DNA of 64,000 nt, taken from Candidatus Hydrogenedentota bacterium. GTDB taxonomy: Bacteria; Hydrogenedentota; Hydrogenedentia; Hydrogenedentales; JAEUWI01. The stretch spans positions 25,111-89,110 of the forward strand of contig JAXMOL010000031.1 in assembly GCA_034669905.1 (NCBI GenBank). Reading direction: 5' to 3'. The position numbers and the translations under genes are program-made. Below the pieces are notes generated by a model. That model did no database searches, was not told where the DNA came from, and was given only the letters and a program-made list of their open reading frames with translations. This document shows, piece by piece, positions 18,920-28,595 of the stretch (positions are counted from its first letter, which is position 1; each line of letters starts with the position of its first letter).

Positions 18920-19888
18920 CTATCGTGTGGGACGGGCATCAAGAAAAGCACGGACACTATCCGGAAAGTCGGTGAAGACGCCATCGACACCGTAGGTGTT
19001 ATAAAACGCGGCCAGCTCGTCTTCTGTGTTCTCGTATGCTTCCGGCACATCGTCTTTACGAATCGTATAGGGATGTACCGCCAGCCCCGCTTCGTGGGCC
19101 CATCCGACAAAGGCAGGATTCTTCTCAATGATAGACTTGCTGGGGCCAACGCCATCCACCACCTTCGACACCGTGGCCAACCCCTCTTTGGTCCGCTGCC
19201 CCGCCTGCCGTTTGTCGTTAGATATCAGCAGGATAAGCGGGACCTCCGTCTTCAGTTTCCGCAAGCGTTCCAGCGCATCAAATTCAAAGCACTGGATAAA
19301 TACACGGGCATCGGCACCGGTATAGCCATAGCGTGTCAATACGTCCAGCACCTTTGCCTCCGGATCGAATCCAGCCTTACGGTGAAAGGCCACCCCCTTC
19401 AGCTCGGGATAGATTCCCACATTTCGTCCCAAGGTCGTATTGAGACCTTGAATCAACTCAATGGCCTCTTCAAAGGTCGGCACTTCAAAATGGGCCTTGC
19501 CAACCGGAAATCGATTTCCCAACCGCTCATGAACAGAGAGGGTCTTTATCTCTGCCAGGGTAAAATCGGCCGCATACCAACGCCCGTCCTCCCGCTTTCG
19601 GTCGGGGAACACGGACTCCACGTCGGTCGTTCCTTCCAGGTGAATGTCGTGCAGCGCCACAAAGTGGCCGTCTTTGGTAAGCACCAGATCCTGCTCAATG
19701 TAATCCGCGCCCATTCCATAGGCCAGCGAATAGGCTTCGAGGGTGTGTTCTGGCAGATAACCACTGGCGCCGCGGTGGGCGATCACGATAGGGTCCGCTA
19801 CACCTGCCCCCCCTCCGACGAGAACGGCGCAAAGGAGCAGCAAGCGAGAAACAAGAGTGAGGTGCATCATGAGGGAAAAATTCTCCAT
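18920..19888 (-). CDS. glpQ: Glycerophosphodiester phosphodiesterase
   Basis: IAHRGASGYLPEHT, ADYIEQDLVLTKDG, IYPELK, HPYT, DGVFTDFP; signal peptide. Confidence 0.9.
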   Translation of the reverse strand: MENFSLMMHLTLVSRLLLLCAVLVGGGAGVADPIVIAHRGASGYLPEHTLEAYSLAYGMGADYIEQDLVLTKDGHFVALHDIHLEGTTDVESVFPDRKREDGRWYAADFTLAEIKTLSVHERLGNRFPVGKAHFEVPTFEEAIELIQGLNTTLGRNVGIYPELKGVAFHRKAGFDPEAKVLDVLTRYGYTGADARVFIQCFEFDALERLRKLKTEVPLILLISNDKRQAGQRTKEGLATVSKVVDGVGPSKSIIEKNPAFVGWAHEAGLAVHPYTIRKDDVPEAYENTEDELAAFYNTYGVDGVFTDFPDSVRAFLDARPTR

Positions 19889-19949
19889 AAGACGGCCCGC
19901 CTGTCGGCAGGCAAATCAACGTATAGGGTAGTTGGGGGTGCGGAAAAAA

Positions 19950-22900
19950 TTATTTTACGGAGGTCAGCATCCAGCCATAGTCGTAGCCCGTGCCTTCCGC
20001 CGCCTCCTCCAGCGTGTCAGCGGCATCCCGTGCCAATACCAGCCGCTCCCAGTCCAGGGCATCATCGGCCAACTGCCGCACGAACAACGACCGTATCACC
20101 CCATCCAACATCATGGTGAGGCGCTCGGGATTCAACCATTCACGACCCTGCCAGGTATTGACCCCGAGGAAAAACTCGACATCGGAATCGCGGAAGATCG
20201 TGTGAATCAAGGGCCCCCAAATCTCGTTCTCCAAGGCCTCTATATGGTGGGCATGGGTCACGCAAATGCGCACCAGACTGGCATCGAGCGCCGCAGCTTC
20301 CCCATCGGCACCCAACTCCTGAAAGGCCTGCGCGATATGCTTGCGCAAAAACCATTCCCGTATCCAGGCGCCACTGGTCGCGGCAATCTTGTGGGCAGGA
20401 ACACCGTGCTCTCCCCCGTCGCCCGGCAATACACTCCCCAGATGTCGCACCATCGCCCAGGCCAGAAGAACCCGATAGGCCGCCAGGTCTTCCTGATCTT
20501 CCAGGGGGAACTGGGCGGACAGCGCCTTCCGAAACGCGGGGTACGCCTTGGCCTTTTTAAGCACCGCGGCACCTGCGTAAATGGCATCCAGATCCGATTG
20601 AATATGAGAGACGAAGACCGCTTGATCCACGTCAACCGCCAGCCGTTTGCTGAGGGCCGCCACAAATTGCGTGGTCTTCTCCTCAAACTCGGGCACCTTG
20701 CTCAGCGCACCGCGCTGGGTATGAATCGCGCGAAGGAGCGCGGCATCCATCCACTCCCCAAAGGGTCCCAGGAGGGGTGCGAGATGCAGTTCCTGGTAGG
20801 CATCGTCCATGGACGGCACGCCCTGGCCCGCAAGATTCGCGTGGAGTTTTCCCCAGCTCAGATCCATGTCGTACACGGCCCGCCAATCGAGGAGGGCCAC
20901 ATACTGATAGGGTCCCAGCGAAAGATACAGTCCCTCACGATTTATCCGGGCACCATGCTCCAGATACTCGAGCCCCGTCCGACTATCGCGGTAGATGTAG
21001 TAGCAATTATCGTCGAAACGCAGGTCCAATGCCTCGCCCAGCGAAATCTGACGCAAGGATACGTCATCCACGGTCCCCACATTCCGCGCCGTAGACCAGT
21101 TCACCCGTCCCGACGTTTGTCCATGGGCGTTCTGGTATACCACCAGCGCGCGGGCGTCACCGACCCGATTGCTGTAAGCGAATACGTTTTCATCCACATA
21201 GCCATCGGACGTGACAAAATCGAAAAAGGCAAAGTCCGTAGACCCACTAAAGAGGTGGCGTTTCCGCATGAGGGGAAATATTTCTCGCTCATGGCGTTGA
21301 ATCAGTCCCTCATCGGGCGATTCGTCATAGTAGGCCCGCCGGTATTCCATACCGTATTTTTCGGTATAGCCTTCCACCTGACCATGACCGATCATCGGCA
21401 GCCCCGGCATGGTGACCATCAACACCGCCACCCCGAAATACTTGTCGTCTTTGCCGAACTGCGCCTCCGCCGTATCTTCATCGGGATTATTCATAAAGTT
21501 AACGAAGCGCTGCAGGATTTCCGGACTGAATTCCAGCACATTCTTAATGGTCTGGCGGTACCCCTGGTTGTCCTCCATTTTCAACATGTTCATGAAGGCA
21601 CTATTGTACACCCGGTGCATGCCGAGCGTACGGACAAAATAGCCCTCCATTAACCAGAACGCCTCGGCCAGCAAGAGGGTGTCGGGCACCTCCTCCGCTA
21701 CCCGGTCCACCACTTCACGCCAGAATTCGACGGGAAAGACGGCATCAAATTCAGGCCGGGACATGCCATGCTCGGCGCGAGAGGGGATCGCTCCCGCATC
21801 GGCCGGCATTGGAAACCACAGTCGCTGGTAGTGCTTCTTCGCCAGGGTCATGGCCGCATCGAATCGGATGATGGGGAACATACGGGCCACGTGAAGTATC
21901 GTCTGAATGACCGCCTCCCGCACTTCGGGAATCAGGTAATTCAACTGGGCCGTGTCATTCCACGGCATGCTCGTGCCATCGTTGCCGTGATAAATGTAAC
22001 GGGTATAGCCACTCCAGTTGTCAACACGCTTGAAGACGACGGCGGCATCCCGGTGCTCCCAATAGCCGTCTTCGATAAATATGCTCACCCGATCATCCGG
22101 CGACAGGTTCGCGCCGGTAAAGGTATAGCCGGGAAAGGGCGACTCGTGACTTTGAATAAACCAATCGGGATGCTCCACCACCCAGCGGGAGTAGATGCCC
22201 ACGTGATTGGGCACCATGTCGCTGGCAAGCCGGATACCCCGATCCCAGGCGCGACGGGCCAGGTTCTCATAGGCGGGGACGCCACCGAGATCGCCCGCAA
22301 TCACATAGTCAAAAAGCGAATAGGCCGAGGCCGCTGCTTCCGCGTTGCCCATCATCTGCTTAATGGTGCGAGAGGATTCTGAACGCTCCCAGATCCCAAT
22401 GAGCCACAGGCCGCTGACGCCCCACTGTGCCAACTTGTCCAGTTCTTCATCCGGCACGGCATCCAGGGTATGGATGGGCTGCCCGTATTGACGCGACAAT
22501 TGATCCAGCCACACATAGACCGTTTTCGCAAGCAACACCACATTGGGCATCCAGAACTTGTCCACCGAAAACGCCTCGGGCTCGTCCTGTCCGTGGAGGA
22601 CCTCACCGTCCCCTCCGGCGCCCCTGCCAAAACGCAGTACCCGCGCAGGGCCAGGGCCCATCCCGCGAAACTGGTGCTCCTCTTTCAATACACCGGTCGC
22701 CACCACCAACTGTCGCAGCAGGAATGCGGGCAGGAACGGTGCCCAGACTTCCCGGATGTGCGCCAACTGCCCTTCGAGCGAGTCGGGCGAGGCCACGATG
22801 GGCGCATAAAGAAACGTAACGAGATCGCGGCCCGTTCCCGGGAAGGGAGGCTGCTCCTTTAAGTAGGTATGAAAACTTTCAACCTGGGTGAGATAGGAAC

Positions 22901-23459
22901 TGTGCGTACGAATCTCCCGATCGTCGAATAGCGGCTGGAGGGCCTTCATCGCGGGATTACTCATACTCAGGCGCAGCAGAAGCACCTCACAGATACTTCC
23001 GTCCCGTCGCGGCCACAGGGGAGATGCGCGGTCCAGATAGCCGTCGGAGCTTTCCTGCCCGGTGCAAACGGTATCCGCGGGATAGAGCGCCAGAAACTGC
23101 TGGAGGGGATGTTCGGCCACATCCGGCCCATACTGCTCCAGACTCCAGTATTGGGCATCCCGCAACACGCGGGCATTGACCTCCTCCGTGTATCGGTGAA
23201 TAAGGTATCGCATGGCGGAAAGCAACAACGATGCGCCCATCAGGGTACCCGGTTGCACCGCCAGGGTATCGGGGGCTTCAAAATCCAGATGCTGATTCAC
23301 CTGGTCGGCCACATCACGAAACCCGCGCACGGCCCCTTCCGTTTCCAACCGGGCGGCCAGATCTACAGGCAGCGAAAAACGTTCGCGCGCTTCCGCAGAG
23401 AGGGGAATTCCCAATCCGAAATATTCATTCACCTCATGGGCGCTCAGTATTTCTTCCAT
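19950..23459 (-). CDS. Large alpha-amylase family (GH13) protein
   Basis: DMVPNH, WNDTAQLNY, RFDAAM (nucleophile), LLAEAFW (acid/base), NNPDE; long N- and C-terminal helical extensions. Confidence 0.85.
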   Translation of the reverse strand: MEEILSAHEVNEYFGLGIPLSAEARERFSLPVDLAARLETEGAVRGFRDVADQVNQHLDFEAPDTLAVQPGTLMGASLLLSAMRYLIHRYTEEVNARVLRDAQYWSLEQYGPDVAEHPLQQFLALYPADTVCTGQESSDGYLDRASPLWPRRDGSICEVLLLRLSMSNPAMKALQPLFDDREIRTHSSYLTQVESFHTYLKEQPPFPGTGRDLVTFLYAPIVASPDSLEGQLAHIREVWAPFLPAFLLRQLVVATGVLKEEHQFRGMGPGPARVLRFGRGAGGDGEVLHGQDEPEAFSVDKFWMPNVVLLAKTVYVWLDQLSRQYGQPIHTLDAVPDEELDKLAQWGVSGLWLIGIWERSESSRTIKQMMGNAEAAASAYSLFDYVIAGDLGGVPAYENLARRAWDRGIRLASDMVPNHVGIYSRWVVEHPDWFIQSHESPFPGYTFTGANLSPDDRVSIFIEDGYWEHRDAAVVFKRVDNWSGYTRYIYHGNDGTSMPWNDTAQLNYLIPEVREAVIQTILHVARMFPIIRFDAAMTLAKKHYQRLWFPMPADAGAIPSRAEHGMSRPEFDAVFPVEFWREVVDRVAEEVPDTLLLAEAFWLMEGYFVRTLGMHRVYNSAFMNMLKMEDNQGYRQTIKNVLEFSPEILQRFVNFMNNPDEDTAEAQFGKDDKYFGVAVLMVTMPGLPMIGHGQVEGYTEKYGMEYRRAYYDESPDEGLIQRHEREIFPLMRKRHLFSGSTDFAFFDFVTSDGYVDENVFAYSNRVGDARALVVYQNAHGQTSGRVNWSTARNVGTVDDVSLRQISLGEALDLRFDDNCYYIYRDSRTGLEYLEHGARINREGLYLSLGPYQYVALLDWRAVYDMDLSWGKLHANLAGQGVPSMDDAYQELHLAPLLGPFGEWMDAALLRAIHTQRGALSKVPEFEEKTTQFVAALSKRLAVDVDQAVFVSHIQSDLDAIYAGAAVLKKAKAYPAFRKALSAQFPLEDQEDLAAYRVLLAWAMVRHLGSVLPGDGGEHGVPAHKIAATSGAWIREWFLRKHIAQAFQELGADGEAAALDASLVRICVTHAHHIEALENEIWGPLIHTIFRDSDVEFFLGVNTWQGREWLNPERLTMMLDGVIRSLFVRQLADDALDWERLVLARDAADTLEEAAEGTGYDYGWMLTSVK

Positions 23460-23684
23460 GCAGTCTCTTTCGTTATTTACGTTGCATCCCCCGAAGCTGC
23501 CATCCGCTGAATAGTAACCGATTCCGGACGATGGGCGCTATTTTGTTCACTCTTCCCGAACAGGCTATACTTAGGCACACCACGGGCCGAATGGCACCTC
23601 AAAACGGCTGCTGCCAGCGTTCGCCCCCTGAAATTACCCGATTTGCTTATGTTCGTATTATTCCGTTTGGGAGTTCAAGTTTAC

Positions 23685-24269
23685 ATGTCTGCCGCCGAAT
23701 CCACCAATGCTCCAATCACCGTCGTATCTGGCCTCCCCCGCTCCGGGACGTCTATGATGATGAAAATGCTCGCGGCGGGCGGCATGGACGTGCTCACCGA
23801 CCAGATTCGCACGGCCGACGAAGACAACCCCAAGGGCTACTTCGAATTTGAGCGGGTCAAACAGATCACCACGGACCAGGCCTGGCTACCCGATGCCCAG
23901 GGAAAGGTCGTCAAGATCATTTCCTTCCTGCTGCTGAAGGCCCCCCTGACCTACCACTACAAAGTAATTTTCATGAAGCGGGCCCTGCCCGAAGTCCTGG
24001 CCTCCCAGCAACAAATGCTCCTCCGCCGCGGCGATCACACCCCCCAGGATGACGTGCGCATGGCGGAGCTCTATCAAAAACACCTCGAGGGCGCCTGCCG
24101 CTGGCTCGACGCGCAGCCCCAGATCGACGTCCTCTACGTCGACCACCGCGAGACCGTCGAGTCGCCCTTGACCGTCGCAGAAAAGGTCGCCGCGTTCCTC
24201 GACAACAACATGGATCCCGCCGTGATGGCCGCCGTGGTCGATCGCGGACTCCATCGTCAACGGGCCTGA
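23685..24269 (+). CDS. Sulfotransferase family protein
   Basis: VSGLPRSGTSMMM PAPS-binding loop, DNPKGYFE; GGGAG RBS before ATG 23685. Confidence 0.85.
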   Translation: MSAAESTNAPITVVSGLPRSGTSMMMKMLAAGGMDVLTDQIRTADEDNPKGYFEFERVKQITTDQAWLPDAQGKVVKIISFLLLKAPLTYHYKVIFMKRALPEVLASQQQMLLRRGDHTPQDDVRMAELYQKHLEGACRWLDAQPQIDVLYVDHRETVESPLTVAEKVAAFLDNNMDPAVMAAVVDRGLHRQRA

Positions 24270-24955
24270 TTCAAGCCGCACATCCCTCCCTCACACGCTC
24301 GCCGTAGCGTCTCTCACCAAAGCATCACCACGCCATAACCCCCCTCTAACATCACCGCGCTAGACTTTGGCGCGTAAGGGATTGTTCCCCTACGCAGACA
24401 CGTGGATCGTGCAAAAACCGTTGAAGGCCACGCGCCCGGCGGGTGCACGATTACGACAGCATTTCGCCAAAGGGGCGACTCCATCACGTTCCCTTTCCAA
24501 CAACCCGAGGCCTCAGACCCGTCCGGGCTCCCCCGAAAGAACCGCGAAATAGCGGGTACCTACGGGAAACGGATGGCGTCTAACACGCGCAAAAGGCCTT
24601 CGCTACCGTGTCAATTGCAGACAAGAACGTCAATTCCTGCCATTGGCAGACTTCACACATTGAAGTAAGCTGATAAGCAATATCGTGGGCACCCGCATGA
24701 TGAAACGGCTTCGGTTCATAGCCCTTCAAGGTGCAGGCCCGTCCCCAGAGCTTAGGAAAAGACACCTGAACAATGGAGGAACGCCTATGCCGTGAACACG
24801 ACCAGTCACATGGGCATTTCGTGCCCATCCATGACGGTGAACTACAAAATTGCTCCCATGCAGGGGAGTCTACGGCGCGGGCTACGTGCAGCCTGTGCCT
24901 TCAGTACCATCCCGTTACGATTCCGTAACCTACACTGAACAGAGGGATTTTTACC

Positions 24956-25987
24956 ATGACCACAACTAAAGTAATTTATAGTCGCAAGGGCTTTACACTG
25001 ATAGAGCTCCTGGTTGTTATCGCTATCATCGGCATTCTTGCCGCCATCCTCCTCCCCGCACTGGCGCGCGCACGCGAAGCCGCCCGTCGTGCGAGTTGCC
25101 AGAATAACCTCAAGCAGTGGGGGCTGGTCGTCAAGATGTACGCCAACGAGAGCAGCGGCGAGCGCCTTCCCCGCATGCTGAATCAGGAGTACATTCGTGA
25201 TGACTCCTGCCAGACCCGTCCCGGCCGTCTGCGCGGTGGTATCTGGATGCCCCACGTATACCCTGAGTACATGTCGGACCTCCAACTCATTGTGTGCCCT
25301 TCCGCCGTTAATGCCAGCGAGCTCCCGGACAAGTGGAATTGCCCCGATGGTGCGTACTGCAACCCGTGCGCCACGCACCCCAACTTCGGCGGGCTGGAAG
25401 TGGGTGCAATTGGTAATGCCGAACAGCAAAGCTATATGTACTACGGCTACCTCATCGATGACGACAGCACCTGGGCGGCCTACCGCAATACCATCGCGAC
25501 CTATGTGGCAGACAACACGGCCAACGGAAGCAGCAAAGTGGTCTACACAGACCCCAGCATCCAGGCCGATGCGGAGATCGTGGACGGAATCCTCAACAGT
25601 GATTATGACTACACCGACTCCAGCATCGGGGGTCAGGCTGCAGTACAGGCCATCGTGGACGGCGGCATCGCTGCCAGTGGTGTGAGCACGAGTGTCGTTG
25701 TTTCGGGCTCCGCAGGCGGTGACACCATCCTTCGCCTTCGAGAAGGCATCGAGCGCTTCCTCATCACCGACATCAACAACGCGGCAGCGAGCGCCGAAGG
25801 ACAGAGCACCATCCCGATCATGTGGGACCGCTTCGTCATCAGCGATCAGTCCAAGTACACGGAGCGCTTCAATCACATCCCGGGTGGCGCCAATGTCCTC
25901 TACCTGGACGGGCACGTCAGCTTTCTCAAGTGGCCCCAGGAAGAATTCCCCCTGACTCCCGTGCACGGAATCTTCGGACGTCTCTAA
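24956..25987 (+). CDS. DUF1559 prepilin-type N-terminal cleavage/methylation protein with H-X9-DG motif
   Basis: [44 protein letters not shown]-terminal [33 protein letters not shown] segment. Confidence 0.92.
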   Translation: MTTTKVIYSRKGFTLIELLVVIAIIGILAAILLPALARAREAARRASCQNNLKQWGLVVKMYANESSGERLPRMLNQEYIRDDSCQTRPGRLRGGIWMPHVYPEYMSDLQLIVCPSAVNASELPDKWNCPDGAYCNPCATHPNFGGLEVGAIGNAEQQSYMYYGYLIDDDSTWAAYRNTIATYVADNTANGSSKVVYTDPSIQADAEIVDGILNSDYDYTDSSIGGQAAVQAIVDGGIAASGVSTSVVVSGSAGGDTILRLREGIERFLITDINNAAASAEGQSTIPIMWDRFVISDQSKYTERFNHIPGGANVLYLDGHVSFLKWPQEEFPLTPVHGIFGRL

Positions 25988-26003
25988 TCCCATAACGCGT
26001 AAA

Positions 26004-26044
26004 ACGCGTCGGCCGGAACATACGCCGGCCGGCGCGTATTTTTT
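26004..26044 (+). terminator. Rho-independent terminator
   Basis: ACGCGTCGGCCGG...CCGGCCGGCGCGT followed by a T tract. Confidence 0.7.
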
Positions 26045-26209
26045 GGGGGAGGGACGTCACAATAACATCCCGGTTGGGGCCAGAGGCCCCGGCATCTTAA
26101 CTCTCCGAACGAAACAGACAAAGGGAGACCGGGCACGAATCCGCCTCGTTGACTGGGGGCAGCCCTCGCAAGCGCCCACGAAAGCGGCGGTCGAACCAGA
26201 CCGTCCGTC

Positions 26210-26560
26210 TCACCCCGTCGCTTCCGCCTCTTCTTCCACCGGGGCCAGGGTTACCAGAATCTTTGCCCGGTGATGGTGCCCGTCACGACAGCACCCCCGC
26301 GACTTTTCGTGGCTGCAGTGGCAACGGACCTGGGCGATAAAGCCGAAACTGCTTTCCCCGTGGTAATACACCGTGGCCATGGGAAATTGCTTGCAGAAAT
26401 CCTCGATGACGTGGCCGGCATCGTTCGCGGTGCAGATCCGTTCCGTCTGCCGGTCCCGATAGTGCTGTTGCACTACCAACTTCTGGTTAGGGAAATCGGT
26501 GTGGAGTCCGCTCGCAATGTAGGCGGCCGCCTTCCACGATTCACGAAATTTTTCATGCAT
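26210..26560 (-). CDS. Small hypothetical protein with a Cys/His cluster
   Basis: 116 aa from MHEKF with GAGAGGA RBS; contains CHCSHEKSRGCCRDGHHH. Confidence 0.6.
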   Translation of the reverse strand: MHEKFRESWKAAAYIASGLHTDFPNQKLVVQQHYRDRQTERICTANDAGHVIEDFCKQFPMATVYYHGESSFGFIAQVRCHCSHEKSRGCCRDGHHHRAKILVTLAPVEEEAEATG

Positions 26561-26769
26561 GGATCCTCTCCCGCATTCGTTTCGCCCGAACCCGTCATCC
26601 CAAGCCTTGTTTGTTTCTATGATCACCATTGTGACACGAATGTTCCCCCTTTGGCGGCAAAAAACGCCCGAATCACTGCCTTCGTGGCAACATGGAACAC
26701 TGCCGCCGATTCGGGACTGGTTTACTCTTTACGAAGCGCCGGAAAAGGGCCAAAATCGACACGAAAACC

Positions 26770-26799
26770 TTGCACCGCCACGGCCCGCTGGGCTATAGT
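26770..26799 (+). promoter_or_regulatory. Putative promoter of tRNA-Leu
   Basis: TTGCAC-18 nt-TATAGT upstream of the tRNA. Confidence 0.45.
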
Positions 26800-26877
26800 C
26801 TCACGACCTGCTGCCACACAGTCGGCGGACACCACAACGACCGTGACGTCCCCCGCTGAGGCGCGATGGATGCCAAC

Positions 26878-26964
26878 GGGCGAGTGGTGGAATTGGCAGA
26901 CACGACGGACTTAAAATCCGTTTCTCGCAAGAGAGTGCGGGTTCGATTCCCGCCTCGCCCACCA
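26878..26964 (+). tRNA. tRNA-Leu (anticodon TAA)
   Basis: Acceptor stem GGGCGAG/CTCGCCC followed by ACCA, D-loop AATTGGCAGA, anticodon arm ACGGA-CT-TAA-AA-TCCGT, long variable arm, GGTTCGATTCC T-arm. Confidence 0.97.
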
Positions 26965-26972
26965 TACTAAAC

Positions 26973-27008
26973 AAAGGCGATTCTGAGAATACGAGGATCG
27001 CCTTTTTT
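26973..27008 (+). terminator. Terminator after tRNA-Leu
   Basis: AAAGGCGATTCT...AGGATCGCCTTT followed by TTT. Confidence 0.7.
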
Positions 27009-27148
27009 GTTCCATGACCCAACTTAAGCACGCATTAAGCACGGGTGACTCTGATTTCGGTCAGCTCCAAGAGAATTGAAGCGTCGAAAGGCGTGGGGCA
27101 ATCCTTGCAAAAAACAGAATACTGTTTAGTTACGCGCCGAGATACTAT

Positions 27149-27404
27149 GGGAAAACCAAGGGACGGACTACGCATTTTCACCCTTCACCCCCATCGTTTC
27201 TTGGTCTACCTGGCTTCTTCGGACGCATCATCAGGCCCAGTAGTGCTTCAAGCTGGCCACGGAATTATTCCTCGTTCCCATGCTCTGCGGAATATGGTGC
27301 CGAAAGCCCGGCACCACGACTCTGGCCAGTCGGCTCATGGATTCAGCCTATACTGGATGGCAGGATTTCGCACGCTATTCCGTAGTCTGTCCCTTAGTTC
27401 TCCC
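27149..27404 (-). mobile_element. Miniature internally deleted RAYT (REP-associated tyrosine transposase) element, copy 1
   Basis: Terminal inverted repeats GGGAAAACCAAGGGACGGACTACG / CGTAGTCTGTCCCTTAGTTCTCCC. The minus strand encodes a RAYT-like N-terminus (MSRLARVVVPGFRHHIPQ, ATG 27338) and, in another frame, a RAYT-like C-terminus (FRGQLEALLGLMMRPKKPGRPRNDGGEG*). Confidence 0.75.
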
Positions 27405-27452
27405 AAATTAACGATTGAAAGAAGTAACGCTGCACTCGATGCTCTAAACTTC

Positions 27453-27836
27453 CTAAGGTCTCTCGTCCTGACGCCGAAGTCTTCCTGTCGGAGAAAACCC
27501 CATTCGGACTCGCAGTTCACGTTTTAAGATTACTAGTCCTTCACGATTAACTCCGAGTCCATGTTCTATCCGGGCGCGATTTTTCTCAGAGAATGGATAA
27601 CCAATGAGAACACACCCCAATAGTGATATATATTTAATAACAAGGCTGTCAGGCAATTCAATCTGATCTCTCGCATCCTCAACTAAGAATTCACCTAAGG
27701 CTAAACTGAGTTCCTCGGGCCAAACCCCCATAATAGCGTGAAACTCATCTCGAATCATGAGACGTTCGCTCTCTACAAACAGGGCTAACGCGTCCTGGTA
27801 GAGCCTCCATTCTTTTTCGCTGAGTTTCGTCGTCAA
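27453..27836 (-). CDS. Putative immunity protein
   Basis: 127-aa low-GC acidic ORF whose start overlaps the stop of the toxin fragment immediately upstream. Confidence 0.6.
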   Translation of the reverse strand: MTTKLSEKEWRLYQDALALFVESERLMIRDEFHAIMGVWPEELSLALGEFLVEDARDQIELPDSLVIKYISLLGCVLIGYPFSEKNRARIEHGLGVNREGLVILKRELRVRMGFSPTGRLRRQDERP

Positions 27837-28099
27837 AACAGTTCCTCTAGGTACTCTTCGCCAATACTTGGCCTAAACATCGTCCCCATGTCTTGGTGGT
27901 TTGGATCAAAGAGCACGAGAGTGTTGTCATGTCTTCGATAGAAAAACCTTCTACCTTGATCTAAATCTCCAGCGATGTCGTGACCACCGTCTTCCATAAC
28001 GCCTCTCACGTGCTCCATAAAATTTTCACGATTCCCCCAACACGTTTAGAAAAATCCTTTCGATGCTCATTGAATGCATGACCTTTTCCGATACTCTCT
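27833..28099 (-). pseudogene. Orphan polymorphic toxin C-terminal fragment (BECR-like RNase), frameshifted
   Basis: ESIGKGHAFNEHRKDF, then a frameshift near the G5 run (about 28034-28038), then GNRENFMEHV...GRRFFY...TLVLFDP...DMGTMFRP..GEEY. No start codon; begins exactly at the mini-RAYT end. Confidence 0.6.
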
Positions 28100-28235
28100 G
28101 AAAACCAAGGGACGGACTACGCATTTTCACCCTTCACCCCCATCGTTTCCTGGTCTACCTGGCTTCTTCGGACGCATCACCAGGCCCAGTAGTGCTTCAA
28201 GCTGGCCACGGAGAACTCAGGGACAGACTACGAAT
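28100..28235 (-). mobile_element. Partial mini-RAYT, copy 2 (3' half), plus an inverted left-end repeat
   Basis: 28100-28212 is near-identical to 27151-27263, followed by GAGAACTCAGGGACAGACTACG (28211-28232). Confidence 0.75.
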
Positions 28236-28254
28236 AAAAGTTGGCGCACACCTT

Positions 28255-28508
28255 GAAAACCAAGGGACGGACTACGCATTTTCACCCTTCACCCCCATCG
28301 TTTCCTGGTCTACCTGGCTTCTTCGGACGCATCACTAGGCCCAGTAGTGTTTGAAGTTGGCCACGGAATTTTACCTCGTTCCCATGCTCTGCGTAATACG
28401 GTGCGGAAAGCCCGGCACCACGACTCTGGCCAGTCGGCTCATGGATTCAGCCTATACTGGATGGCAGGATTTCGCAAGCTATTCCGTAGTCTGTCCCTTA
28501 GTTCTCCC
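28255..28508 (-). mobile_element. Miniature internally deleted RAYT element, copy 3
   Basis: Near-identical direct repeat of 27151-27404; encodes MSRLARVVVPGFPHRITQ from ATG 28442. Confidence 0.78.
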
Positions 28509-28595
28509 GGAAAGCAACTCCGAAGCAATCAAATCGTCATCTCGCTCTGTAGCATAAAAACTGAATTGTATAGTCATTCGTAGTACCTATATCTA

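Noticed and set aside
24370..24950. Known riboswitch (c-di-GMP, cobalamin, TPP, SAM)
   Set aside because: No consensus elements of these classes recognised by eye; kept only as an unclassified candidate.
27149..28508. Possible CRISPR array or integron attC array
   Set aside because: Repeats are about 256 bp with transposase remnants, lack regular 25-45-bp repeat/spacer periodicity and RYYYAAC/GTTRRRY attC boxes; no cas or intI gene in the window.
27045..28583. Plus-strand ORFs 27045-27527, 28074-28256 and 28347-28583 with shared peptide sequence
   Set aside because: Their similarity comes from reading the mini-RAYT repeat on the non-coding strand.
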